DNA of 64,000 bases. Origin: Lingula anatina (Eukaryota > Animalia > Brachiopoda). The notes under the pieces are model-generated. The model was not told the DNA's origin and ran no database searches. It worked only from the letters and a program-made list of their open reading frames with translations. Positions 52,804 through 63,800 of the stretch are shown here, piece after piece; the first letter of the stretch is position 1; each line of letters opens with the position of its first letter. Position numbers and translations under genes: made by a program. The stretch lies in contig CM120643.1 of the NCBI GenBank assembly GCA_051362555.1, positions 24,742,848-24,806,847 of the forward strand, given 5' to 3'.

Positions 52804-53556
52804 TGCTGTGGTAGTAGTAGTATGAATAGTAATAGTACCAGTAGTGGGCAGTAGTGGTAGTAGTATTTGCGTTATATTTATATTATATATTATATGTTAC
52901 TAGGTCACAGAGGGAGGGCAGGTGGCAGGGGAAAGTTTCTGGGGACTGACACAGCTGGTGAGTAGGAGGTTTATCTTTGGTTAACTGATGGTTTACTGTG
53001 GTTTACTGATTTGTAATGGGACAGATTTGTAAACATTAAAAAAGTAAGAAAATAAGAATTACTTGTTGCAGCTGTAAAGTCAGTGAATCCAATTGTTTCT
53101 GATAAAAAAAAACTAATTTCCCTTTTGTCTCAGTAGAAAGAAGGTGTGCAGGTTTATTAAAAATATTATTGAATGCTGTTTGTTGTTATCTCCTCTCAGT
53201 CATTAAAATTAAAAAAGAAAAGAAATGGAAAAAATGCCTTTCAGCCACACCATGATTTGACCACAGTACAGTCTGCTTAACCACAACCTTGTCTATTGCA
53301 ATAAAGGAAGTGAATCCAGGTTTATTGGAACTTTTGATATTTGAAAACAAATTTACTTTTTGGAGAATTTGCTATCTGAAAGAAAGGTTTGGCGTTGGTG
53401 ATGAATAAACAGACATACAAACAGACAGACAAATAATTAAAGAATGAAGCCCTGATGCAAGGACTTTACCTTCACCTAACAGTTAACTTGTTTATTATTT
53501 TTTTCTTCTCCTTTCAGGCATGTAACTTGGCTGGCATGAACTCTTACAAAAGATAA
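41530..53556 (+). CDS. COQ9: Ubiquinone biosynthesis protein COQ9, mitochondrial; 9 exons, 300 aa
   Basis: Exons 41530-41584, 46924-46993, 47302-47429, 49938-50148, 50786-50870, 51241-51345, 52140-52295, 52904-52957, 53518-53556 join in frame (903 nt). Motifs [94 protein letters not shown]. Exons 1-2 encode an Arg/Ser-rich, acid-free presequence-like N-terminus (MSACVRRSRFLRNNFAFIVSVRTLSRRG); these two exons are assigned from phase and composition, not conservation. Confidence 0.9.
42388..44364 (+). CDS. GLMN: Glomulin (FAP68 / YBP1 / Alf4 family), intronless, 658 aa, nested in COQ9 intron 1
   Basis: Single open ORF from aaaATGg. Motifs matching glomulin: SWDLIP, GNPKELMLGFLE, LLKPIQKVLLKL, CPVQDLRSRAL, TDLLSQSDRVMAVLNFFRYLILRD, NVTGIWT, PLLHGFKMSKNHIEAELK, LNTFEMM. 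Confidence 0.9.
   Translation: MAEDFEKLVKKFLKDEKYSECRELILAPPYQKHIPAVSWDLIPAFSTCLTAENALKFPHLTEICGDIFEQFVTLGNPKELMLGFLEQAGAFIDEVRYLTLLKPIQKVLLKLPSKRHNSLQISLETLYGYIGALKEPEDYKLEKEERKFLENDPKVSQINTAVDALVDFLKPFVHDISVDVVRENSLANMNERKDLVIYLIKLLEFPMVYFDLSHDPNDGDAKRSTGRVIAQRIISLISKLQHDFYKTLSWMLAAHSKDSVKKMRKAGKLSSGALDEIDEVDEWEKEQQAPIVGMSCFAYLLFCENVGIDKFPSVFTHPYVFESNIVFMCVMMHKTHSVVIEKGVALAETLVKRIPKGEWEPEILESKDFAIFVDYITRVLINCPVQDLRSRALKLIPIIVSRFNAYGRSQCLFLMLNKAARPGHQGYIIQLIKDEIHANLQSPSPSEAFSARALQKFYNLVFAFPEEGPHTDLLSQSDRVMAVLNFFRYLILRDPPNINVTGIWTVVDQIEKVYIAPLLHGFKMSKNHIEAELKMMQQGLYNRKVRDDKGADVGIAIAGTLLPSMPKSQKMQVLQVGLNTFEMMGIVLGRVTDLLATLKRGGSPTGLTQVTAKTSSLEVTGGTRSSETTQETDTTGVAGEKVSPTVEVSPDEETSSSK
45082..45131. 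repeat. (ATT)n microsatellite
   Basis: Direct reading. Confidence 0.95.
45317..46487 (+). repeat. ~400-bp local direct duplication (copies ~45317-45930 and ~46088-46487)
   Basis: Colinear shared blocks: GGTACAGGTT, GATCCAATTTTGCAT, ACAATTATCTTG, GTTTATAATTACTAGA, GAATTGAAAGTGGAAACTGAAGCT, ATGTTTATGCCAATCATTTGCTTTCTGTG, TAATGGAAGAAAGAAA. Confidence 0.9.
45415..45585. mobile_element. 171-bp MITE with 14-bp TIR and 5-bp TSD
   Basis: ACTTC|CTGGGGTAGCGCTA ... TAGCGCTACCCCAG|ACTTC; internal TTAGCCAA/TGGCTAA subterminal motifs; absent from the paralogous site at ~46175. Confidence 0.85.
47972..48520 (+). repeat. ~160-bp tandem repeat, ~3.5 copies, inside HINE
   Basis: Units beginning AAAACGCAG(G/A)TCAAGTTCGAAAATC at 47972, 48132 and 48291, and a diverged one at 48451. 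Confidence 0.9.
48916..49710 (+). repeat. ~300-315-bp diverged tandem repeat, ~2.5 copies, inside HINE
   Basis: CATTTTCAAGxTGTGACTTTGAAGTTCCA...TGAAGACC recurs at ~48926, ~49243 and ~49544, with matching downstream blocks (TTATTAAAAATTGAT...TATGTAATATTGCATCA). Confidence 0.8.
52691..52803. repeat. Interrupted (ATT)n microsatellite
   Basis: Direct reading. Confidence 0.93.
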
Positions 53557-54827
53557 CCACAATACCACAACCTCAACACTGACCCTAGGAAAGCAGCTGG
53601 CAAACCGTCTACAACTTGGAACCAAATAGTGTTTTATGTGACTGAAAAATGAGATATGCATACCCTTGACTGTCACCCTGAGTATGAGATGCATTGTAGT
53701 GACTTTCCTTTTCGTCAGTGTATTCTAGCTGTGATGATATAGAGGGCAAAAGATAGTCATGTTCCACACTCTGAAACTAAGGGTATTGACTGCCAAAGAC
53801 TAGTTTTTGAAAAAAACAGTGACTAACACAAACTATTGCTTTGTAAGAACAAAGGATGACTAATGGACCATGGAGAAACCTGTGGGATTGCAAAATTTGA
53901 TATACTTTTTTGTGGTGACATTAAAAACCTTATTGAATGGTTTTGCTGTGCATTATAAAGCTTTTATAAAGTTTTATGAAAGTTTGACCACTTAAACACA
54001 GAAAGTGATGTGATGACTACGTATATGTAGCAAACTCAGTAATTACAGATGTGAAAAACTGGAATACATTTCAAACTGCTAGATAGAGATGATAATTTTT
54101 AAACATTGCTCAGTTTTGTCACGTTCTGTCTGGACTTGTGATTTCTTTCAGAAATGTAATAAATCTAATGAAATACATTGAAGCGATTTTCAATTTTGAT
54201 TGTCAGTGCTCATAATAAATATATGAAGAACCGAAATGTAGGCTCCTTCTTTATTTTTATTTTTTTAGTGTGGTTTGCTTTGATACGCATTCAACAGATT
54301 GAGAAAGAATCCATGGTTAAACCCATAAGTCTTGGTGAGGGGTTCCAAGTAGACCCCGTTTGACTAATTTGGATGTATTGGAGTCTTTATTAGTATGTTA
54401 CAATACAAACAATATGCTGAATTATATAATTGCCACTCTAATGAGTAAATGGATGACTTGATAACAGTAAATCCATGTAGGGCCAAAAAGGACTGCATGG
54501 AGTTAATTAAATGCCTTCTTTTTCAAATCTCCAATTCAGCAAGGCAAGAAAGGGCATTTGATGATAAAGAAAGTTGCTGAAAGTGATGTTAGGAAGAAGC
54601 TTAGAGAGCAGAAAAGAAGGGAGGTGGAAGAAGAAAGAAGGGGAGAACAGGAACCAAAACTGACGTACGCCGTCAGTACGTCATCACAAGCGTGAGAGGC
54701 AAGTGTGAAACAAAAGGGAACTATTTCGCCGTGCGTTGCATTCTCTTCGTAAGCTGTCAGTGCGTGCCAAACTCAAGAAATAAGCACAATTTCCACGGCC
54801 ATCGCACCTGGCAATTAACGTCCCTAA

Positions 54828-55065
54828 AGCCTAGGTCCCAACCGAACGTACGGGCTGCTACGTGTGGTCTACGGCCAAAAAAATGGGCAAAACGTGGGAG
54901 TTCGTGCGTGAGGAGCACGTCCATCTTGCGACTTTTGGAGGACGCAAACAGCACGTAGAAACTTTTAGACATGATCAACAGCCGCTACGTGCGATCTAGC
55001 TACGTCCTAGCAGGACGCAAGGAACCTAAATACCGTGCGTCCAAAACGTAGTTGGGACCTAGGCT
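54828..55065. mobile_element. Harbinger-like MITE, 238 bp
   Basis: Perfect 15-bp TIR AGCCTAGGTCCCAAC / GTTGGGACCTAGGCT with TAA on both sides (54825-54827, 55066-55068); CpG-rich interior. Confidence 0.85.
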
Positions 55066-55529
55066 TAAAGTGGCCCCTGCGACTCGCAAAGCAGACTTGC
55101 GCCTTTCCATTGCAACCTTCCCATTGCAACCGCCCACGTGGCCTACAACTAACAACGGAAACAATAGCCCTAACAACAACAATCTACGCTCAATTTAGTA
55201 ACGTAGCCGTTAACGTATGTATCATATGAAAAATCTTTACAAATCTTTTGAAGACAACTTCCCCCTCTTGCCCCGTTTCTAATTTATTGTAACGTAATGT
55301 GCAGTAAAAATAGGTGTTGGCTCACCAGAAGTTGGAGGCAGGTACCAGTTATTAAAAACATAGGTAACGTATGTATCAGTGCATCAATATATATACTTCT
55401 ATCGATGGATATCAAACTCGCTACGACAACGTAACAAAGAGGAATGTGCATCGTAGAAAAATACGTGCGCTCATGTATGATGTTTCACGCACTCACATAG
55501 TTGCGACAGACAACAAACAACAACAACAA

Positions 55530-55540
55530 CAGGCCCGTAG

Positions 55541-55577
<37 letters not shown>

Positions 55578-55727
55578 CGGGGGGTTCGAAAGAACCGCCC
55601 CTTTTGCTGGGAAAAAGTCCACTCTGGGTAAAATTTGATCTAGGTATACATGAAGTTTTTATGGAAAAAAGGTCCACTTTTTTTCAGAAAAAGAACCCCC
55701 CTTTTGAAATTGCTGGCTACGAGCCTG
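55530..55727. mobile_element. hAT-like MITE containing a 33-G run
   Basis: TIR CAGGCCCGTAGCC / GGCTACGAGCCTG (12/13); flanks AACAACAA / AACAATCT give only a partial TSD. Confidence 0.65.
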
Positions 55728-55835
55728 AACAATCTTATGTATCGGTAACGATACCAATACATACGTTACCGATAGAAATATGTATATTGATGCACCTTTG
55801 AAGATCTACATTAAAGTTGTTTTTTACAACTTTAA

Positions 55836-55991
55836 AGCCTAGGTCTCAACTACGTTTTGGACGCACGGTTTTAATGTTTCTTGCGTCCGGCTAGGACGTA
55901 GCTAGATCGCAGGGAAGAAATCAAGTAATTGGTGAAAAGTTTCTACGTGCTATTTGCGTCCTCCAAAAGTCGCACGATGGACGTGCTTCTC
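55836..55991 (-). mobile_element. Truncated inverted copy of the 54828-55065 MITE
   Basis: TAA|AGCCTAGGTCTCAACTACGTTTTGGACGCACGG...CTAGGACGTAGCTAGATCGC...GCGTCCTCCAAAAGTCGCA is the reverse complement of ~54908-55065. Confidence 0.8.
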
Positions 55992-56744
55992 AAATATTTT
56001 TGCAATAGTTTTGCAATATGGTGTCTGTAACATTTGAAAGCTCCTCCGCGTTGTTCTTATTTTAATTACTCATGCCCAACGTGCCTCTGAATCATACTGC
56101 CATAATTTATTGCAATTACTGAAAAGTTGGCAAGAAACCAATTACTTTACATGTTAGTCACATGCCAATTAACTCATATTATAACAGTTTCATACTGCTG
56201 AACTGAAAGCTCAGGATTATAAGATTAACAATCCATAAAAATATGCAAAAAATCAGGAAAACAATCACTTATAATGTATCAAAAACAGTTGAAATAATTT
56301 TATTCAATAAGCAATGATTCCAAATTATAAGTAACAAAATGGAAGCAGTATTGGTATAAGGTCTGCATTAACCACCAACATTAAATTGCTTGTAAAAATT
56401 AACATCTTTGTTAACACTGGAAGTCACGCATACTTGACAATCTTGTGATAATATATATTTGCTCAACAATATCAACGATTTTTGCAATGGCGGAAGGTTA
56501 TAAAAACTGAAAACACTGAACATGTAGCTTGCAATTTCTCAATGCCTTTCTACTATATGAAAAACAATCAAAATCAAGACTGATATTTCTTTAAATAGGG
56601 CATAATCCTGAAAACTTTCACCCACGCTTTTCTGCCAGATTTTGGTATACGTCTGTAAAAATACGATGTTGACACCAAAAAATATTCCAGTGTTTGCTAT
56701 CATTTCAGTATGCAACAAATGGCTATGTGTGTCATCCCTGGTCA

Positions 56745-56995
56745 CCCCGAGTTCCTAAGGGATATTTGGATTGATCCATCTCCCTGAAGAGTCTCACTAA
56801 ATTGCTATCAACTTAGCCAGCTTAAATGTCTGTCAAGCCTAGTAAAGCTGTGAGGGGGTAATTATCTTCACCTGCTAGCTAATTCGGTAGGCGTGACAGA
56901 CATTTAAGCTGGTTAGTTGATAGCAATTTAGTGAGACTCCCCAGAGAGTTAGACCAATCCAGATGGATCGATCTAGGCATGGGAACCCAGTCTTA
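56745..56995. mobile_element. Palindromic MITE of the same family as 35106-35319
   Basis: Shares GAGTCTCACTA...GCTTAAATGTC...AAGCTGT and GGATCGATCTA...TGGGAA; near-perfect ~50-bp inverted arms at 56789-56840 and 56888-56939. Confidence 0.7.
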
Positions 56996-58531
56996 GTACT
57001 AAATGTGACTCTCTTCTATAACAGTGACACAAAATAGTTTATTTTAAGATGGAGGGTGCTTTTTTAGTAATACATGGAAAAATGTTGAGCAAAAATAAAT
57101 ATGTTCACAGTATGCTCCCTTTTGGTAACAAAACCAACGATTGTTCAGTTAACATAAACATGAAATATACTTAAAATCTGACAGAAAACGTGCTTTGTAA
57201 TGGAGTCACTTTCAGTACTTTGAAACTAGGTGTTTGACTGTTATAATTTTCCCCCTCGATTGTAAGGAATGTACAATGTAGGTTGTATCTGGACTTATAT
57301 AAAGAGAAAACCTAGTCCAAAGACCATTCCTTAGTGTACACAGTAACATGTAAACTCCTACAGAGCTACTCTGAATAAGATGTCCGGCCTAGATCCCCAA
57401 GTTTAAGTGCTCTAGTTAATGACATCTTTCCTTGACACAAAATGCATATATATCAGTGGGACTAGAATTCAAGGTGATAAGCTGTGAGAATGTTTAGCGT
57501 TCGTAGTTTAACCATTTCTGGACTGAATCGATTCTTAGTGAAATTAATGAAGGACTGGCAAATAAATGTAACAGCATGTCATTCAAGTTTCCATTTCAGA
57601 ATATAGATCAATTACGTCTGATCTTTATTTAGGATGTTTGAAGGGACAAAAACTTATCAATTCCAATAAACTTGAAATCAACCATCTTCACATTGGATAG
57701 ACAGCAAGGTTAGTGAAAAGATGTCTTTGACATGATAAAATATGATAATATTAATAGTGGAAGAAATTTTATCAACAAAATGTGGCACAGTAAAGCTGAG
57801 CTTTGGGGTCCTGAGGCTAAATTTATTATTGTGATTTTTGATGCAAAACCTCCAAACTTCTGTTCAGGTAGGATGTAGTCAATAACTGAGAGAAGGTCTC
57901 CATATGCAGAATACCCTAACAGGTGTCCTTTTTTACCAATTCTTATAAACACTGATTCAAGATTGAAAAACAATTTAAGTTAACATTCATGCAATCTTAT
58001 TAGTTTTTCTGTCTCTAACTTTGCTGCTGGTTAAATTTTAAGGTGCTAATTTATAAATAAAATTCTTAGCAAATGCCAACAACATTCCCGATTGGCTCTC
58101 AATATTTAAAAAAAATCTGGTATTAAAATTTGATTAAATCTAAATAAAATGCTGATGCGAAAATTATCCCAAAGTATGAACCCATTTCATCATAAGAAAA
58201 TTCCATCAGCAGTATATTGACTTTTGCAGCATAAATTTTTCTGCAACATCGGCATTCTTTGTTATTGTGAACAGAAAAAAAACTGAATCAATTACATTTA
58301 CCTATAAATGGTAACAACGTGATAGCACTACCTATACTTATGCTAATGCAGCTTGCATATATAAAATTATTCACCTAAATGCACTTTCTTCAGCTAAAAA
58401 TCTATTCAAAATTCAATTTTCCAATATGAAAAATTATTGTTGATCTGATTTTTGAAAAACAGTAACAAGGTTGAAAAAAAAAGAGAAGAAAGACTAGCTT
58501 GAACAAATAAAATCCCCACTGTCAATACCAT

Positions 58532-59893
58532 TCAGTACTGTTTTTCTTCCAACCACTCCTTAATTTTGTTTGGAAGAGGTAGTTTTTGAATGTGATCAAA
58601 TCTCGTGGCCTGTCTGATGACAAAACGGCACAGGTACTGCAGAGATCGCACTTGTGTGAATCGAGATATCGGCCTGGCAAGACGAACTGGAAAAGATGGA
58701 GAACCTGGATTTCTTGAGCGAGAGTAGCAAAAAATTCCAGTCTGTGAATCATTCATGGAATTTTCAATCAGTTCCACAATGGAGTTGTATCCTTCAGATT
58801 CGGGCTGAGCATAGAAACTGAAAACTCCATTGCAATGCTCAATCCGCGTGTGCAATGTCCTTCCATACGATCTGAAGCTCAAACTCAACAAGTAACGATC
58901 GTCAGAGCTGTCCCGCACCAAGAAAGCACCATCTGGTTGGTCGGCCAGTTTTTCCTCTGCCTCTTGGCGCGTGATAGGGCCCCAGTACCAGCCATATCGA
59001 GACAGACGAAACAGTTCTCGGGTTAAACTCCACTGGTCTGTCAGGCTCTGTACCTGATCATATACAGGATCTACTGGGGACACCAAGTCTCCATAGGCAT
59101 CAGGAGTGTGACCAGCCTCCTTCCTTCGAACTGGAGATTGTATTGCTGTATTACTAGCACCACTACTCTGAGGGGCATGAAAAACACCATCTGAATACAA
59201 GTCACTCTGACTATTGCACTTCCCAATGACTGCCTCCCTGTCTGTAGCACTACATACTTTTACTACACTATTATTAGTTGCAGGTTCTGTCTGAATGTCT
59301 GTTTCTACTGTGTCAGTTTCAGACTGTACAAGTGTTCTATCACAAGGTCTTGCCCCTTGTTTTGTTTCCTCGTTGATACGGGCAGTGGGAGATCGACTGA
59401 AACTTTCCTCGGGCACTGTGGCTGTGGCTGGGGGACTACTCACTTTAGATTGCAGCGACGACCGCGGGGCAGGTACGGGGGGATCACCGTACCTCGGGTC
59501 ATTGCTAAATGGTGAAATGTCTGAAACTGCCCTTCTCGTGCGGTTGGCCCCTTCTAGGGTGTGTTCATATCTAGTCGACGGTGAACTACTGTCACTTTGT
59601 CTACGAGACAACCTCTTCTTTAACGCTTTAAAGAAACTCTTTTTGTCCTTGCGTTTGGGGAGGGGGACATCAACTTCATTGTTCCCACGATGTGTATTTT
59701 CATTACTCGTGTTATTTGATTCCACTGGCACTGACTCATCCCTCCCCGTCTGGCACCTTGGCGAGCAGGGGGCAGAGCGGACATTGGGGGGTTCTCTCCG
59801 TTCAGACGCAGTATTCGTCGCGATCGGCGCTAGGATATCTGTCGGAGACCTGTCCGTGGAATTCTTTGAGCTTCTAAAGCTTATCCTCTTCAT
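58532..59893 (-). CDS. SOCS6: Suppressor of cytokine signalling 6-like, intronless CDS, 453 aa
   Basis: Disordered N-terminus, SH2 domain ([16 protein letters not shown]...[19 protein letters not shown]...TLHTRIEH), SOCS6-type FCYSRSR.PGS, and SOCS box ([14 protein letters not shown]...[11 protein letters not shown]). Confidence 0.92.
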   Translation of the reverse strand: MKRISFRSSKNSTDRSPTDILAPIATNTASERREPPNVRSAPCSPRCQTGRDESVPVESNNTSNENTHRGNNEVDVPLPKRKDKKSFFKALKKRLSRRQSDSSSPSTRYEHTLEGANRTRRAVSDISPFSNDPRYGDPPVPAPRSSLQSKVSSPPATATVPEESFSRSPTARINEETKQGARPCDRTLVQSETDTVETDIQTEPATNNSVVKVCSATDREAVIGKCNSQSDLYSDGVFHAPQSSGASNTAIQSPVRRKEAGHTPDAYGDLVSPVDPVYDQVQSLTDQWSLTRELFRLSRYGWYWGPITRQEAEEKLADQPDGAFLVRDSSDDRYLLSLSFRSYGRTLHTRIEHCNGVFSFYAQPESEGYNSIVELIENSMNDSQTGIFCYSRSRNPGSPSFPVRLARPISRFTQVRSLQYLCRFVIRQATRFDHIQKLPLPNKIKEWLEEKQY

Positions 59894-60240
59894 CTCATGT
59901 CTGTGTTATTAAGGAAACCATCGGCAAAGGTCCCAAAACCACCTATCACTTTGTTTTCCTCGAAAGATGCTCTTGCGCACTTTGCTACTTCCGTGTTCGG
60001 CATGAAATGGTTAGGTTCTACGTGATTGGTTGACTTAACTGGGTCAAACGTGATTCAGGTCTCCACAAATAAACCAAACTGATTTAACCTATTTATCTCT
60101 CCTTTGCAAATATTACGCTTTTCAAAATTGGAAAAACGCATTCTGTAATACGTTGAAATCAACATGTTTAAAGAACATTTTGTTACATTTTGGCTACACG
60201 CTGAAATGAGCACCTGCATCCGACCTACTTTTTAAGAAAC
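59894..60240. promoter_or_regulatory. Putative bidirectional promoter, SOCS6 (-) / GPATCH1 (+)
   Basis: 347 bp between divergent start codons, CpG-retaining; ETS-like ACTTCCG (~59987), ACGTGATTGG (CCAAT-like, ~60020) and a second ACGTGATT (~60048). An upstream non-coding SOCS6 exon cannot be excluded. Confidence 0.65.
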
Positions 60241-60831
60241 ATGGCAGACAGTGATAGCGATGAGGATACGTTTGTTACGATCGGAACGCCTTTGGAGCCC
60301 CTTGTGGAAGGTATGTTTTGGTACCGAAATTAAAAATCAGTTTTATACTTCGTGGTGAGACTTACAAACATTCAGAGCAGTTAAGTTTGTTTAGATTGAT
60401 ATAATTTAATTCATTGTTAAAATGTGTAAATATTGTGTTCTTAACACTGAAAAGAATGTGTGAGGTTGGGGGGGGGGGGGGGGGAGGGGGGGGGCACACA
60501 TGGGGCCGTTGCGGTGGATTTTGTTCTTTGGTTTTATAGACCGTTTCCATCGTAATCACTGCGTCATGGAAAGCAACAGTGGTAAGAAAAGAACTTGTAA
60601 CTTTGTGCAAAAGCAACCTTCAAGAATTTTAGGCCAAAGCATTAAATTCGAACTTATTTATTTTATTGAAATTGAATAAAACGATATACTAGTATATGGG
60701 TATGTAATTTTTTTAAAAAAATACCACTTCTATGAGAGGAAGAGACTTGTTCTTACATTACGTCGCTTGGTAAGTGGAGGTAGGTTTGATCACACTGACT
60801 GCCTGCAGTTATCAAGTTGGGCACATGCAAA

Positions 60832-60867
<36 letters not shown>

Positions 60868-63800
60868 ATTCCAAAAAGTCTAACATTTGGATGAAAAAGT
60901 CTCTTGTGTTTCAGATGCTCCAAGAAAGAAGGCACCTCAGGTCCAAGATGAAACAGTGCGAGATGAGAAAGGTAGACGCCGTTTCCATGGAGCTTTCACA
61001 GGAGGCTTTTCTGCTGGTTACTTCAATACTGTGGGCAGTAAAGAAGGTGAGGTTCAGTGGGATGTATGTATTAAGGCAAAAGTTACATTTAATATAACCA
61101 TGTACTGTAGATATACCACAATGTTCAATGAAAAATGTTCGAGATGGATTGGGGCTGCGTTTTTTGTCTGCAAGAGCATATATTATATAAGTTTTGACTT
61201 TTAAGGATATTATATTATTAAAGGAAATGTTATATTCAAAGAAATTCATAAGGGTTTTATGCATTGTTGGATGAAGGGGGTTATTTTCTTCTTTGTCCCC
61301 TCCCTGACCTTTAATCTAGTTCTATACATTAATAACTTAAAATTTTCACACATCTTACATTCATGTATCATATTTTGTCCTTTTTATAAATTATGCAGTT
61401 TAAGTCATTAACACAGATATATTTACAGACAGGGAGCCAACAAACTTACCAAAACGTTTGTATTACTGAAAAACTTCTTTAAATTTATTGAGTAATTATA
61501 AACTTTACAGTAAACATTATACATTACTCATGTACCATATCCATATGTGAGTATGATATTTTGAGAGTATGAATGATAAGATTAAGTACTGTTGTATCAT
61601 TTTGTAGGATGGACACCGTCTTCATTTGTTTCATCAAGAACTAACAAAGCAGAGACCCAGGGACAAAAACCTGAAGATTATATGGATGCAGAGGTATGTA
61701 TGGGCATTTAATTGTACACCATATTTTTTCAAATTGGATCATAATGTACATATGATACTGAAATAAATTACTATTATGTAAGCATTGAATTGGTTAAAAG
61801 AATGCATGTTTAACACTTACTGAAATGTGATAATCTGGTCAGAAGGATTTTTTTTGTCTTACTAGTTATCATTGTGATACTATGTGATAGTAATTCACTA
61901 TCTTTGTCTCAAAATTTTTTAAAGGCTGAAAATTTATTCAATCTGATTTGGCAGAAAAGCATGAACCACACTTTAACACAAAAAGACAGTAATCATCTGG
62001 TGATTTATTTGTGAAAAAAATCAGTCTTTTAACTGAACTACTTTAGGACCTTGGGGAATTTGGTATAGCGCCTCGCAAGCTGAAGACTGCAGACAACTTC
62101 ACCTCGGAGCAAGCCCAGAAGAAGCATGCGGCTGAGAGACTGGAACATGCTGGTGTCTTCTTTACCCAGCCAGTATTACAGGACCTTATCATACCATCAC
62201 AGTGAGCATTTTTTTCCATGTTATTAATGTTTCCTCTTGTAATAGTAGCATGATAAAAATTCACAATGTAAATCATTTACTTAATTTTAATTAGAATTAA
62301 AAATTTGTTTTCTACCTCAGGTCTGACATTTCAGCCCTTTCACTGACAATGTGTAACAATGAAAAATTTATTCAATGTTGAAAATTCATGAAAATAAACG
62401 TATAATGTTATGTTACTTTACATTACTGTGTTATATTATCATTCTATCAAGACTATAATAACATTATAGCATTATAATAATATGAAACAGATGGCTGAAG
62501 GGCCATTCTGAAATATTTCCCAAGGCAGCAAAAGCTATTTACCTTGTGAAAAGATTAATCTTTTCATACCTCACATTTAAGAAAGAAAAAGAATTAATCA
62601 TTGTGAATTCCTTGTCCTGTCCAGGTTACCCATGGGTGTGCGCCTGCTGAGGAAGATGGGATGGAAGGAAGGGCAAGGTGTGGGCCCCAGGGTGAAGAGA
62701 AAAGCCAAAAAACAGGCCACAGGTGTGTTTGTTAAAGTAGTACTTTTTTCATTAGGATTTTTTCAAAACTTAAGTACATAAGTCATTTGTGATGTAGTAA
62801 TATTAAGAGTCATGACAATTTTCTCAGTGCGTCTTTTTATAAATTTGTTTGATGGAAAATGTGCAGGTTTATGTGTCCTCTTTCAGCTTTCAGGAAATGT
62901 TAATTAATTTGGATTTCAAGGCCTTTTCAGTGTTTGAATTCTTTCTTAATTGACCAAGAGATATGCAATAAAAACTGTTGTTCTGTGTTTTTCGTAATTC
63001 TTAGCACAAGAAGGCAAAGTATATGGCTGCTCTCTGCCTCCAGATCAGAATTCTGATGTAAGTGTATAAGCTTATTAAATTTACAACTTTATGGATTTTT
63101 TCAATTTTTAGCTTTGGCCAGTCCAATTAGAATAGCTTTTTATGTAAAATGCTTGATAATATGAAATGATGTGTTTGGATTTTTGATGAAATGTATAATG
63201 ATAGACACATTTTCTGTCAGTGTCTATCAGCAACTGGAACAATTTGAATACCTTTAAAGGTTCAATTTCATCAACTGGGAAAACTAACTTCTTTATCATT
63301 CCAGGATTCTGACTATGATGAATATGCAGCTGGGTTGACCTTTGCCCCAAAAGATGTCACCCCAATCAGTTTTGAAGCCAAAGATAACCAGCATGGTCTG
63401 GGGTACAGTGGTCTCAATCCAAAAGCTGCTTTACACTCTGGCCATATCAACTTGTTTGAGCCCTCTCCCATAGGTGGCAGCACTGTATCTGGTAGCAAGA
63501 GGGGCATCCGAGGAAAGGTTAGTAATGGAGTAGATACATTCAGGCATGCTACAGACATGATAATAACTGCGGGTTCAAGTATCTGCAGAAATCAAGAGAT
63601 CATGGACTCTTCCAGTATTTTGCAGGCCCAGATACTTTTTCAAAATGTAATTTTTACAAATTCATGAAATTTCTACCCCATGTAGGCATTGTACTTTCCT
63701 TTGCCAAAAATTAGTGGCAATAACTATAGGTCAGTTCTGATCACTGAAAAAGTATGTACTAATCAGTGGTGAGTTGGAAATAATTATTGACCCATTAATG

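Noticed and set aside
55543-55575. G33 run as a functional G-quadruplex or Gly/Pro-rich ORF
   Set aside because: Lies inside a MITE; homopolymer length is unreliable in assemblies and the overlapping ORFs are artefacts.
42388-59893. Functional clustering of GLMN (CRL inhibitor) with SOCS6 (CRL substrate receptor)
   Set aside because: SOCS-box proteins use CUL5-RBX2 whereas glomulin binds RBX1; proximity alone is no evidence of a shared system.
59295-59912. 205-aa + strand ORF antisense to SOCS6
   Set aside because: Mirror of a Ser/Pro/Arg-rich coding strand; no recognisable domain.
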